This document shows, in pieces, positions 1 to 9,649 of a stretch of 61,979 bases of DNA. The notes beneath the pieces were generated by a model. It was not told where the DNA came from. It did no database searches and saw only the letters and a program-made list of their open reading frames with translations. Numbering within the stretch: position 1 is the stretch's first letter; the number at the start of each line of letters is the position of its first letter. Origin of the DNA: a virus (lineage: Duplodnaviria > Caudoviricetes); IMG/VR virus record IMGVR_UViG_3300027985_000277, positions 1 through 61,979 of that record, one strand, 5' to 3'. A program made the translations under genes and the position numbers.

Positions 1-65
1 GTGTTCATCCTAGCGCACCCCCTCGCGGAGTTGCTTTTCGGGTAGGCCCTCGTTCTCCCCTATAT
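1..65. repeat. Terminal overlap identical to 61915-61979 (circular assembly)
   Basis: 65 bp exact match of window start and end. Confidence 0.97.
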
Positions 66-260
66 CTCTATATATACTATATATATAAATATATATTTAG
101 AGTAGATACCAAGGAGAGACACCCCCCGACAACTCAATAAGTGCAGTCCGGCTGAGATTGCTCTGAACCATAACTCGATTCTCAATAACCGCGTTCTTGA
201 GGTTTTCGCCCGGAAAACATTAAGGAGACTTTCACATGTTCCCGGCCCGAAAACCTTAAG
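61..260. other. AT-rich (TA)n tract plus three GAAAAC(A/C)T(T/C)AAG repeats; candidate origin or terminus element
   Basis: TATA-rich 61-98 in a GC-rich genome; 12-mers at 196-207 (inverted), 213-224 and 249-260. Confidence 0.45.
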
Positions 261-278
261 AACCCGCATCTCAAGGTC

Positions 279-307
279 TTGACATACAACCCGGACCCGG
301 CTAGGCT
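279..307 (+). promoter_or_regulatory. SigA-type promoter TTGACA-N17-TAGGCT
   Basis: Consensus -35, 17 bp spacer, TANNNT -10; AAGGAGG RBS before ATG 335. Confidence 0.8.
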
Positions 308-334
308 GGGCCTACAACCTGCTAAGGAGGCAGC

Positions 335-760
335 ATGTACGACGACAAATTGCGGGCCATCTTCCCGCCCAACACTGAGGTTCCCATGATCCTGCGCCAC
401 GTCTCCCGCTCGGGGATGCTGCGGGCAATCTCGATCCTAGACCCCGCCGACATGCGGGACGTGTCCTGGATGGTGGCCGATGCTCTCGGCCTGAAGATGC
501 ACCCGGCCGGCGGTGTCAAGGTGCACGGGTGCGGGATGGATATGGGTTTCCATCTGGCCTACACCCTGGCCCGCCATCTGTACGGGGGCGAGCAGGGCTA
601 CACCTGCAACGGTAGCCGTGGATACGGCCCGGCACCTGAATACGCCAACACCCCGGATGCCCCCCGCTGCCTGAGCAACGACCACGCCAACGGCGCGGGC
701 TACGTGGCAGGAACCCGCCACAGTGATCCCGGCTATGCGCTGGGTAGGCGGTGGCTGTGA
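335..760 (+). CDS. Hypothetical early phage protein
   Basis: Strong RBS; first ORF after promoter. Confidence 0.8.
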   Translation: MYDDKLRAIFPPNTEVPMILRHVSRSGMLRAISILDPADMRDVSWMVADALGLKMHPAGGVKVHGCGMDMGFHLAYTLARHLYGGEQGYTCNGSRGYGPAPEYANTPDAPRCLSNDHANGAGYVAGTRHSDPGYALGRRWL

Positions 761-1140
761 CCGTCTATGACCCGGTAGCCGCGTGCGATATCGCTGATCG
801 GTTGGGGGTGACGCGATCCACTGTGAGCAACTGGCAGACGCGATACACCGATTTCCCCCGGCCCGTTTTTACGGTGGCGCACGGAACCCGCATATGGGAT
901 TGGGCCGATGTGGTGGCGTGGGCGCAACCGCGAATGATGAACAGTATTGGCGTGTTTGGATCACCATTTGACACCGAACGCAGAACGTACGACATCCCAT
1001 CGTCTGCCCGGCAGGTGCTGAATGAGGTTGTGGCCGAATTGTGGCGCACGGCTGAAAACATGCCAAACCCGCGAACGTCGGACCATGCTGCCGACATCAC
1101 GCGTAGACTCGAAACACTGTGGGGGAATGGCAATGCATGA
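757..1140 (+). CDS. HTH DNA-binding protein (AlpA/excisionase-like)
   Basis: DIADRLGVTRSTVSNW...FPRP...RIWDWADV pattern; GTGA overlap with upstream stop. Confidence 0.7.
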   Translation: MTVYDPVAACDIADRLGVTRSTVSNWQTRYTDFPRPVFTVAHGTRIWDWADVVAWAQPRMMNSIGVFGSPFDTERRTYDIPSSARQVLNEVVAELWRTAENMPNPRTSDHAADITRRLETLWGNGNA

Positions 1141-1507
1141 TCGCAGTTACGCGGTGGAGATGACCACCCCTGACCCCCTGACCGACACGGACAAGCGCGC
1201 CGCCAACATGAGCGTGAGCGCTTTTGCGCACTGGCACAAGGCCAGCGACCGCGACCCCCTCACCCGTGAGAACTGCGGTGCCTGCGCCCTGGAGGGGTAC
1301 GGCGAACACCGCGACTCTGATCACGGCAAGCTTGCCCCGAACTATGCCGGATGGGCCGCGTTGTACGTGGACCAAGGGCGACGCATTCCGGAACGCTACC
1401 GGGCCGCGTTCATTGCTGAACTGAACGAGACCGACGCGGACGGCAACCTGACTCCCTACGCACAGCATATCGCGCGGGTTGTGGGTGCCTATGGGGTGTG
1501 GCTGTGA
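1133..1507 (+). CDS. Hypothetical protein
   Basis: Tightly packed in early operon. Confidence 0.65.
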   Translation: MHDRSYAVEMTTPDPLTDTDKRAANMSVSAFAHWHKASDRDPLTRENCGACALEGYGEHRDSDHGKLAPNYAGWAALYVDQGRRIPERYRAAFIAELNETDADGNLTPYAQHIARVVGAYGVWL

Positions 1508-1734
1508 TGCGTAGCGAGCACACGCAGCGGGTCCGCTACGCGGACGGTTCTGAGGGCCTACAGGCCATGATGCCCGCCTACCCGGGCAACGGACCCCGGG
1601 AGGTTTTCGGGATGACTGAGGCCACCGCCAAGCGGCACGCCGGAGCACTGCTGAATTGCACCCGGGTGGAATACCTGGGCCTGCGCCGTGACACCGAGGG
1701 CGAGTTGTGGTCTGCATGGCGGTGCAAGGCATGA
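1507..1734 (+). CDS. Hypothetical protein
   Basis: TGATG coupling. Confidence 0.6.
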   Translation: MRSEHTQRVRYADGSEGLQAMMPAYPGNGPREVFGMTEATAKRHAGALLNCTRVEYLGLRRDTEGELWSAWRCKA

Positions 1735-1973
1735 CCGGGGAATTTGTGGTCGTGGCGTTCCCGGTGGTCGAATACTCGGAGACGCGAAATTACACCGCCC
1801 CCACCGTGAGCATCTCCGATTGCGAAACGCTGGAGGATGCCCAAGAGAGCGCGTTCTACGCAAACCTTACGGAAACATTCGAGGGTGACCCGAAGCGCAC
1901 CTATGAAGCGATGAGCCGGGCGGAATTCAACGGCTTGGACTGGCCCGGGATCGAGTTGACCTACGATGCATGA
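1731..1973 (+). CDS. Hypothetical acidic protein
   Basis: ATGA overlap. Confidence 0.65.
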   Translation: MTGEFVVVAFPVVEYSETRNYTAPTVSISDCETLEDAQESAFYANLTETFEGDPKRTYEAMSRAEFNGLDWPGIELTYDA

Positions 1974-2205
1974 GGTTACCGTGCGCTTGCGGATGCTGCC
2001 CAGCGGCAAAATACAGGGACGTACCGGGCGCACCGTCCGGGCGGTACTGCCCTACGACCCCCACCGCAGCCTTGCGTTGAACCTGCAAGCGGCCAGTTGG
2101 GCCACCCTGCAACGCTGGGCTTGGCGCAATAACGTACCCCTTGAGCATGTAACCCGCCTGACCCCGGACACCTACACCCACATTTACAACGTAAAGGAGG
2201 CATGA
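1966..2205 (+). CDS. Hypothetical protein
   Basis: Overlapping operon ORF. Confidence 0.6.
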   Translation: MHEVTVRLRMLPSGKIQGRTGRTVRAVLPYDPHRSLALNLQAASWATLQRWAWRNNVPLEHVTRLTPDTYTHIYNVKEA

Positions 2206-2382
2206 TGGTGAGAGGAATTGAAATCAGCCGGAGTCAACTTGAGTCATGGGCAGGGCATGATCTGACCGATGACACACTAGAGCGATTGCGGATCGCAATT
2301 GAATACTCCAGCATTCCGGATGCGATTGCCGAAATCGTGTTCCAGATTCTCCCGCCCGAACCCGAAGAGGAGGTATAAAACC

Positions 2383-2802
2383 ATGCGTTTGCATGTGAGC
2401 AGGGGCATTACTGAGGAAACTGTGCGCCATGCGGCACAAAAGGCCGGGGCGACGCTGGAGCACCTGAGCGAGCACGGCAGCCGCAAAGCGGCGCACGCTT
2501 TTGAGGTGCACCTGACCGGGGCCAGCAACCACAGGCCCAATAGTGGCAACTACGGCGCGGGCGACGCCTACGCGGCGACCTGGGACCAATGGGGGGTGTT
2601 CCTGAGCGCCCTGTACGCGCTGGACCCGGACATGACCTGCTGGGCCTACAAGGACGTAGGGGACTTCAACTGGCAGACCGCCTACCGGTTCGCCTACGGT
2701 AGGCCCGACGACATGCACGGGGACCACCGCTGGCAGTCCCGAGTACCCTACGAGCAGGAGTGCACCAAGTGCAGCGCCGTGCGCAGGTTTGATAGCCGAT
2801 GA
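2383..2802 (+). CDS. Hypothetical protein
   Basis: GAGGAGG RBS before ATG 2383; high-GC3 codons. Confidence 0.75.
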   Translation: MRLHVSRGITEETVRHAAQKAGATLEHLSEHGSRKAAHAFEVHLTGASNHRPNSGNYGAGDAYAATWDQWGVFLSALYALDPDMTCWAYKDVGDFNWQTAYRFAYGRPDDMHGDHRWQSRVPYEQECTKCSAVRRFDSR

Positions 2803-3026
2803 AGCGCAAACGTTATGACGTGCGCCTGCTGGACGCTGACGGCACGGTGCTTGCCGAAGATGTGCGTTACGGTGGCAAGAGCGCCACTGACTCCGGGGTG
2901 GCCCTGGTGCGGGCCCACGCGAGGGCACAGGGCCAGCACTATGAACGCGAGTTCAGCGCCCCTTACGACTGGTACGGGTGCCGTACCGGTGAACATGTCC
3001 GGGTCGAAATAGTAGAGGAGGGCTGA
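2799..3026 (+). CDS. Hypothetical protein
   Basis: ATGA overlap. Confidence 0.65.
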   Translation: MKRKRYDVRLLDADGTVLAEDVRYGGKSATDSGVALVRAHARAQGQHYEREFSAPYDWYGCRTGEHVRVEIVEEG

Positions 3027-3332
3027 ACACTGTACGCGACACAGGAGCAGGCTGAGCGCGCACTGGATACGGTGTGCCGGGCCATCACCCGAGACGGGGC
3101 ATCGGAGCCCAGCGTGCTTGGGGGTACCGGACCTACGTATGGCGTGGTGGCAGGTCGGTGGGGTTCTTGACGGACCACACCACAACATGGTCCAATCGGG
3201 TGGGCGCTGAAAGCGTCTCCCGAGACACGTTCTACAAGAGAATGAGGAGGCAATACAGGTGAGGAACAACAGCAAGGCCCGCAGGGCACAGCGCAAGGCG
3301 GCAGCCGACGAGCGGCTGCGCAACAGCAAACC

Positions 3333-3671
3333 ATGTGTGTGCGGCAGCGTGCACATCGGCGGCCACAAGGGCGGTGCACGGTGAGCAATACGTGCCAAGT
3401 GTGGGTGTACCGGCGCGACAACCCCTGGGCCAAGGACCCGCGTTGCGGCAAGAAGTCCAAGGATGTGCCGGACAACCCGGAGGGGCTGTGCGGCATCCAC
3501 CTACGGCAGCGCAACGAGGAGGCCCGCAAGGAGAAGGCCCTGATCGATGAGTTCGCGGCCTATGGGGTGGACGTGTACCCCCAATACTGGAACGGCAAGT
3601 ACGACCTGACGAGCGTGACGGTGAGAACTGACGTGCTGCGCCGCCTGGTGCAGAAAGGAGAGCAGAAGTGA
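3333..3671 (+). CDS. Hypothetical protein (Cys/His-containing; start uncertain)
   Basis: Coding-like codon usage. Confidence 0.6.
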   Translation: MCVRQRAHRRPQGRCTVSNTCQVWVYRRDNPWAKDPRCGKKSKDVPDNPEGLCGIHLRQRNEEARKEKALIDEFAAYGVDVYPQYWNGKYDLTSVTVRTDVLRRLVQKGEQK

Positions 3672-3966
3672 GCAACGAACGTAAGTGGGACCGGCCCGAA
3701 TACACGCCCCGGCAGGTGCGTGCGATTGCCAGCGGAAGGCTGGACCCGCGCAAGCTGAACGCCCAGCTACAGGCTGCGGGCAAAGGGGTGTGGTACTGAA
3801 TGGCCGTTGCAAGCCGAAATATCACGGTGACCCTGAAACTGGATGAGGTTGAAGCCCGAGCCGTGCTGCGGGCGCTGCGCTGGTACGGTGGTCCCTCCGG
3901 CCCGGATGTGGGACCGCACAAGCAGGCGAAGGATGTACGAGAGACGTTGGAAGGAGTGCTGGAATA

Positions 3967-4311
3967 ATGCAAATGCAGGTACAGGCAAAAGACGCGAGGA
4001 AAGACGACGTGATCGACTTCGGCGGCCAGCCGTTCACGGTCGCTGAGACCGACCTGCACCCCTACCAGCACCTCTGCCGTGGACTGCTGTACCTACGCGG
4101 AAGCATCCATGGGCTGGGCTACACCTCATCGATCACCATCGACGTGGACACCCCCCTGAACGTTCAGCGCCCCGACCCTGACGCCGAGCTGATCGAGGTC
4201 ATGGCGAAGGCGATTGATAGGCGGGGATGGGATGAGAGTGCGGAGGTCTTCAACGAGATGGACGCCGCCCGTGCCGCCCTCGCTGCCGCCAGAGAGGCGG
4301 GCCTGCTGTGA
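3967..4311 (+). CDS. Hypothetical protein
   Basis: AAGGAG RBS; TAATG coupling. Confidence 0.7.
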   Translation: MQMQVQAKDARKDDVIDFGGQPFTVAETDLHPYQHLCRGLLYLRGSIHGLGYTSSITIDVDTPLNVQRPDPDAELIEVMAKAIDRRGWDESAEVFNEMDAARAALAAAREAGLL

Positions 4312-4550
4312 GCAAGCTGGAACTGATCCCGACGCGGACCAAGGCGCTGCCCCGCATGTGGGCCGAGACCGGGCTGAACCCGGACGGTACGTTCATGGTG
4401 GTGACCCACGATGAGCCCGGGTTCAAGGGAGCGCACCGGGACCGTGCCGCGAAGGCTTTGGGCGCCCACAAGCTGACCCGTGTGAGCGAGACCCATTACA
4501 CGAACAACCGGGGCGCACCCGTGGCCCTGACCACCTGGGGGCGTGGCTGA
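4308..4550 (+). CDS. Hypothetical protein
   Basis: GTGA overlap. Confidence 0.65.
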   Translation: MSKLELIPTRTKALPRMWAETGLNPDGTFMVVTHDEPGFKGAHRDRAAKALGAHKLTRVSETHYTNNRGAPVALTTWGRG

Positions 4551-5034
4551 TGCAAATAGTGACCAAGGGAGGAAACGTTTACGACACAGACAAAATCTGG
4601 GTGGATGTGATGGATGATTATGGCATCAAGATCCCGGTGCTGTTGTTCCGCGACAACCGAGAGGCCACGTTTTCTCGTACTTCGTTGCGCCAAGAGGAGG
4701 TGGCGGTGATCATCGAATGAGTGGAAAGAAAGCCACTTTCGGAACGCGCTGGACGTTGAACAGATGGCGTTACATCGAACGTCTAGGGTCTAAGACAGCG
4801 CGTCGAACCCACCCGTACGGGCACGTACACATTTCGGCGCAATGGGGGCCCTCTTTGTACGCATATTGGAGCGAGGGGTGACAGTACCCAACCATGCCGT
4901 ACTTGACAACCACAGGCCACCTGTGAGAGTATTGGCTTACGAGGGCAATGGGTTCTTCACGGTACTGCGCCGTGATGACTCCCGGGTGCTGGTGCACCGA
5001 AACCGATTGACGTTTGTAAAGGAGGGCAATAGGA

Positions 5035-5304
5035 ATGGCTGAAGCGAAGTTGAGCACCCGTGCGGTGCAGAAGTGGATGGACGAGAAGACCGTGGTGCTC
5101 ACTCTGAGCCCCGACGAGGCCCGAACCCTGTTGGGGGTATGCGGTCGGATCGGAGGACAGGGGGCGGACCGCAACAACATGGACGCGATTGCCTACGCGC
5201 TGGACCTGAACGGCATCGAGCAGCACTACTTCAATTTCACGGTGCCTGAGGGCCACATGAGCCCCCGCGAGAATACCGTCTACATCTACGGGAGGTTGCC
5301 CTGA
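5035..5304 (+). CDS. Hypothetical protein
   Basis: AAGGAGG RBS. Confidence 0.7.
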   Translation: MAEAKLSTRAVQKWMDEKTVVLTLSPDEARTLLGVCGRIGGQGADRNNMDAIAYALDLNGIEQHYFNFTVPEGHMSPRENTVYIYGRLP

Positions 5305-5543
5305 TGAAGGCGACGACGCAGACCCGTGAGGTGATGGTGCCCGGTACCGAAGAGGTTGTGGTTCTGGAGTTGAGCAAGGACGAAGCGCAAGCCCTGCGCG
5401 AAATGCTGGGGGCGCGCAGCATTGCTGACTCAGGTAAAAGTGATATTCTCCACAAGGTCTACCGGGCCCTCAGGGAGCACACGCATGGAGGTATCGGCTG
5501 CAAGAAGTTCCCGCTGTGGAGTGTGTACCCGGATGCTGATTGA
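5304..5543 (+). CDS. Hypothetical protein
   Basis: TGATG coupling; VVLELSxDEA motif shared with the preceding ORF (VVLTLSPDEA). Confidence 0.65.
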   Translation: MKATTQTREVMVPGTEEVVVLELSKDEAQALREMLGARSIADSGKSDILHKVYRALREHTHGGIGCKKFPLWSVYPDAD

Positions 5544-5718
5544 GATCAAGCATGAGACCCTGCCGCTGCATTACGTGGCGAAGCGGGTGGGACGTGGCTG
5601 GGTGCTGGGGGACAGCCCAGCACAGGTGCTGAACGCAGACCCTGCAAAGGCCGTACCGGCCAAAATCCTGAACGCCTACCGCGAGGTCGGCACGGGCCGG
5701 AGGCTGTGGTAATGTGCC

Positions 5719-6252
5719 GTGGAGCATACTGTGCTGGGTACTACCGTGGGCTGCGGCTTACGCCTGGGCGCTATGGAGGGTGAAGAGGCCCTAACTCTCC
5801 GCACGCTGGCTACCAAGTTGGCCCGCAAGAGGGTGCATCGTAGGGATGAAGACTTGGAGCAGGAAGCGTGGGTGGCGGGATGGAGGGTCAGAGGCCACCC
5901 GGAGGGGTATGTGGTGCGGAGCATCCAAAACCGGATCACCGACTACCTCTGGGGGGCTCGTCTGGGTCACTCCCGACCCAACCACAAGACGGTGACCAAT
6001 ACGTTGCCTCTCGTGGAACTGGACAAAGACGAGCCCCGTGTCCTAACTTACACTGATACCTACCCTTCCGTGGAACTGGGGTGGGTACCTGAACTGCCGC
6101 AACTCGACCGTGCCATTGTGAATGGGCTGGCGTCGGGGCTGACCATTGCGGAGGTAGCTCGTAGCCACGGACTGAACCCGCGTAATGTGCAAAGACACTG
6201 GCAGCGGCACACCCGCCCTGCATTACAGAGGGCGTGGCTGGACAATGCGTGA
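5719..6252 (+). CDS. Sigma70-like (region 2 + HTH region 4) DNA-binding protein
   Basis: EDLEQEAWV region-2-like motif; C-terminal GLTIAEVARSHGLNPRNVQRHW HTH; start may be 5773. Confidence 0.55.
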   Translation: MEHTVLGTTVGCGLRLGAMEGEEALTLRTLATKLARKRVHRRDEDLEQEAWVAGWRVRGHPEGYVVRSIQNRITDYLWGARLGHSRPNHKTVTNTLPLVELDKDEPRVLTYTDTYPSVELGWVPELPQLDRAIVNGLASGLTIAEVARSHGLNPRNVQRHWQRHTRPALQRAWLDNA

Positions 6253-6369
6253 GATTCCATTTACCATAGCAGTGATCTTGACCATTACGGCAGCATTGAC
6301 GAAAAGCTGGCCGACACCTGGTTGCCTTGGTTTTCTGGGCAGCCTTCTACTTGATTGAGAGGTTGATAC

Positions 6370-6801
6370 GTGAGCAAACTGAGGACTTTGCGGGACACAC
6401 AGAAGGCGCTGAAGAAGACCTTCGAGCAACAGAAGGCGCAGGAGTGGACGGAGATAACAGCGGAGATTGAAGCCCGCATCACCCACGAAATCAACCGCCT
6501 GTACCGCAACGGGTTGAAAATGTCTCAGATTATGCGCGAGTACGGAACCAGTGACTACCGCACGGTGCGCAGCCGTGTGCTGGACCACGTTGTGGTGCCT
6601 GTTGCCGATGCTTCCGGCTTGGTGTGGCACAACGTGAAGGACACCCTGTGGGAAGTCACGGACGGCACACACAAAGCCCGCGTGGTGATCCTGGAAGATG
6701 AGGGCGAGGCCGTGATGATGGACCACTTCGGGAATCCGGAGTTCGGTGCGCAGGTGAATGAGGGAGCGGGGTACGCCTTGTGGCTGGCGCGTGGAAACTG
6801 A
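6370..6801 (+). CDS. Hypothetical protein, possible HTH
   Basis: GAGAGG RBS; GLKMSQIMREYGTSDYRTV. Confidence 0.65.
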   Translation: MSKLRTLRDTQKALKKTFEQQKAQEWTEITAEIEARITHEINRLYRNGLKMSQIMREYGTSDYRTVRSRVLDHVVVPVADASGLVWHNVKDTLWEVTDGTHKARVVILEDEGEAVMMDHFGNPEFGAQVNEGAGYALWLARGN

Positions 6802-7016
6802 ACGGCCTGTGCAGTACCCACCCGGAGCGCTATACCCTGTGGTGGCCCACCTACGACACACCGCCCGATGAGATCCAGAGGGCCAAGGAGATTTGTGAAC
6901 AGTGCCCTGTGCGGGCCCGATGCAAGGAAGAAGGCAAGGGCAAGCGCGTGATTGGCGTATGGGGTGGCGTACTGATGGGCCTGGACCCGGGGGACTTCAT
7001 TGCTGACCCCGACTGA
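6780..7016 (+). CDS. whiB: WhiB-family transcription factor
   Basis: Four Cys (C...CxxC-x5-C) and GVWGG motif. Confidence 0.85.
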   Translation: MAGAWKLNGLCSTHPERYTLWWPTYDTPPDEIQRAKEICEQCPVRARCKEEGKGKRVIGVWGGVLMGLDPGDFIADPD

Positions 7017-8406
7017 GGAACAGGCGTGGGCCATAAATAGGATGGCCTGCGAGGAAACCCGGGCTGCCCTGAACGCCAGCGTGCTGGGAACTGGAAAGAC
7101 GCTCATGGCGGTGGAACTCGCCAAAACCTTGGGTGCAAAAACGGTACTTATCACTGCCCCACTGGGCACCCATAAAGGATGGAAAGCCACACTGGAGCGC
7201 CAGAAGTTCCCCCACCCGGTGAAATTCATCAACAGCACCAATGAAGAATTCATCAATTTGAAGGCTGGTGTTCCCGGTGCCTACTTGGTGGGGCGGGAGT
7301 TCTTCTACCTGTCCGCCACCAACAGCAAGCTTCGTGATGACGGAACCCGGGCTCGCACAGCACGGTGGTCATGGTCCAAAATACCCCATATCGACTTGCA
7401 TATTGTGGATGAGAGCCATTCGGCTCAGAACCAATTCGGAAAAATGTTCTCCACGCTGCGCAAGATGCACAATGTGGGGTACAAGCTGGCAATGTCCGGC
7501 ACACCGCAGGGCAGCAAGTTCGAGGGCATCTGGGCCACCACGAAGTGGTTGTGGCCTGATTTGGTGGACGGTTCCAAGGTACGCTGGGCTGCGCAGTGGT
7601 GCGAGCAGAAGCAGGTGGTGGTCGGATACGACAAGGATGCCGGTGAACTCAAGCGGGTGACTCAGGTTGTGGGGGAGAAGAGACCGGGAGCCTACCTCGC
7701 CAGCCTGCCGTGCGTGGTGCGGCTGGAACTGGAAACCAAGCCCTATGAGTTGTACGAGGCCCGGGTGGACTTGTGCCCTGTGCAGAGGCAGATGTGGGAC
7801 GAGATGGCCGCACATAGCATCGCGTGGTTGGCTGAACGCCCCACCGTGGCGAAACTGCCGCTGGAACAGCGCATCCGGCTACGCCAGATGGCGCTGGGCG
7901 AGGTCAGCTTCGATGACGAGGGGGCAGTAGCCTTCGCGCCGGATTGCCGCAGCACCAAAATAGATGCGGCCCTCAAAATCCAAGCGCGCCACCCCGGAGA
8001 GCCGATCCTGTTCCTGACCGATTCCGAGAGGTTCGCCCGCATCGCTGCGCCGAGGCTGGGAGCGGAACTCTTTACGGGGCGTGTGCCGAAGCGGGTGCGC
8101 AACGAACTGGTGGACCGGTTCGGGGTGGACGTGCCTTACCTGGTGGCGACCTATCAAGCCATCGCGGAGGGCACGGATGGGTTGCAGGCACACTGCCATA
8201 TCGAGGTGCTGTTCAACATCGCGGACAGCCCCGTGCTGAATGAGCAGGTTTCTGGTAGGCTCAACCGTACCGGACAGCGGGCCGACAAGATCGTTCGTTA
8301 CACGTTGGTGGCCCGCAATACCGCCGATGACGACCACTTCGACCGGGCCGTAGCCAACATGGATGCCCGCCGATCCGAGGTTGACAAGTTGCATGTGGAC
8401 CTGTAG
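7000..8406 (+). CDS. SF2 / SNF2-like DNA helicase
   Basis: GTGKT, DESH, SGTP and GRLNR motifs. Confidence 0.9.
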   Translation: MLTPTEEQAWAINRMACEETRAALNASVLGTGKTLMAVELAKTLGAKTVLITAPLGTHKGWKATLERQKFPHPVKFINSTNEEFINLKAGVPGAYLVGREFFYLSATNSKLRDDGTRARTARWSWSKIPHIDLHIVDESHSAQNQFGKMFSTLRKMHNVGYKLAMSGTPQGSKFEGIWATTKWLWPDLVDGSKVRWAAQWCEQKQVVVGYDKDAGELKRVTQVVGEKRPGAYLASLPCVVRLELETKPYELYEARVDLCPVQRQMWDEMAAHSIAWLAERPTVAKLPLEQRIRLRQMALGEVSFDDEGAVAFAPDCRSTKIDAALKIQARHPGEPILFLTDSERFARIAAPRLGAELFTGRVPKRVRNELVDRFGVDVPYLVATYQAIAEGTDGLQAHCHIEVLFNIADSPVLNEQVSGRLNRTGQRADKIVRYTLVARNTADDDHFDRAVANMDARRSEVDKLHVDL

Positions 8407-8409
8407 GCT
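8381..8409 (+). promoter_or_regulatory. SigA-type promoter TTGACA-N17-TAGGCT, -10 inside a palindrome
   Basis: Consensus spacing; CCTGTAGGC-T-GCCTACAGG at 8400-8418. Confidence 0.8.
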
Positions 8410-8438
8410 GCCTACAGGCTTAGAGGAAGGAGCAGTAA

Positions 8439-8666
8439 ATGCTGTACGTTGAGACCAAGAGCGGTGCTGCCTACGAGGTAGATGCTGAGACCATGCACAT
8501 CCGACGTGAGGGCCCTGTGGCTGAGACGGATGCGGACAAGCCTGATGGAGAGTGGCTGCCGGTGACGGACTTCGTGGGTCCCCTTGTTGGTCATAGCATG
8601 GTGTTCATGTTCCCAGACGGTCGGGTCCGCACAACCACCAACGTGACCAAGGTGGTGGCGAAGTGA
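8439..8666 (+). CDS. Hypothetical protein
   Basis: AAGGAG RBS after promoter. Confidence 0.75.
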   Translation: MLYVETKSGAAYEVDAETMHIRREGPVAETDADKPDGEWLPVTDFVGPLVGHSMVFMFPDGRVRTTTNVTKVVAK

Positions 8667-9043
8667 TCGACTTGGCCGACATCAGGCCCGGAGGCAAGGT
8701 ATCGGTCACTCTGGCCGATGGGACGAAGGTTATTGACAGCCCGGTGATTGAGGGGCGTAGCGGTGACTATGAAGGAACCATCCGGATCATCAACGGGTTC
8801 TTCATCCTGCGCAATGGGAGGAATTGGCCGGGAGGTACCGCTATTGTTAGCATCGACGCCTACACGCCCCCGAAGCCCGAGTGGGATCGGCCCGAGGTAT
8901 TTGCAGTGACGGACGTAGACGGGTTTGTATGGACTCGAACCAAGCGCGACGGAATGTGGCGAGCACGCGGAAACTCTGTCGGTGCCATAGTGGTGGAGCG
9001 CGACTACGGACCTTGTACCGTACTGGCGGTGTACGCCGGATGA
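8663..9043 (+). CDS. Hypothetical protein
   Basis: GTGA overlap. Confidence 0.7.
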   Translation: MIDLADIRPGGKVSVTLADGTKVIDSPVIEGRSGDYEGTIRIINGFFILRNGRNWPGGTAIVSIDAYTPPKPEWDRPEVFAVTDVDGFVWTRTKRDGMWRARGNSVGAIVVERDYGPCTVLAVYAG

Positions 9044-9424
9044 TCTCCTCAGAGAACACCACGCTCGAAAACTTCATCGCGGCGCAGTATTTCCGTGCGA
9101 CCACCCGAGTGCCCTACTGGCTCTACATGCAGGGGCACCACGGCAAGGGCTCGAACCGATGGCACAAGCCCTCCAAGCCGTTCCGCCGTTCGGCGGCAGT
9201 GCGCAAGGTCTACCGTGGGGACGTGTGGTGGCTGGACGCACAGTAGCTAACTTGACCCCTGACGATGCGGGGCGGCGTGTCCTGGTGAACAGTGCTGTGG
9301 TGGGCGTTCTTGAGTCCACCCCGCACCCCGCCGTGTACTCGCATTGGCTGCTCAAGGAGACCCACAGAAATAGCGGTTGGTCGTTCCAAGTGCTGTATCT
9401 CGATGACGTTGTGGAGGAGGTTCT

Positions 9425-9649
9425 GTGAATTTTCCTGGATTGCCGGAAGGCTATTTCTGGCGTGTGAAGAAGACGTGGGGCCTCGCAGGAAATGTTACTG
9501 TTCAATTGAGGAAATCATTTGGACCATTCTCCTATTGCATTTCCGACGCAATAGTGGAGCCCCGAGACGTAGTTTTGGGGGCGACAAATGCCAAACAGAA
9601 GTGGGACAATTCCAAACGCATCCCAGAGGTGTTGGGGGACTACCGATGA
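9425..9649 (+). CDS. Hypothetical protein
   Basis: GGAGG RBS; overlaps both neighbours. Confidence 0.6.
   Translation: MNFPGLPEGYFWRVKKTWGLAGNVTVQLRKSFGPFSYCISDAIVEPRDVVLGATNAKQKWDNSKRIPEVLGDYR

Noticed and set aside
1-65. 65-bp end repeat as a biological terminal repeat
   Set aside because: It starts inside an apparent ORF (from ATG 61861) and looks like assembler circular overlap; real termini need read data.
757-1140. HTH gene as evidence of lysogeny
   Set aside because: No integrase, ParA or att-like site recognised anywhere in the genome.
9292-9645. N-terminal extension of the RNA ligase to 540 aa
   Set aside because: Overlaps two better ORFs; ATG 9646 is coupled to the upstream stop (ATGA).
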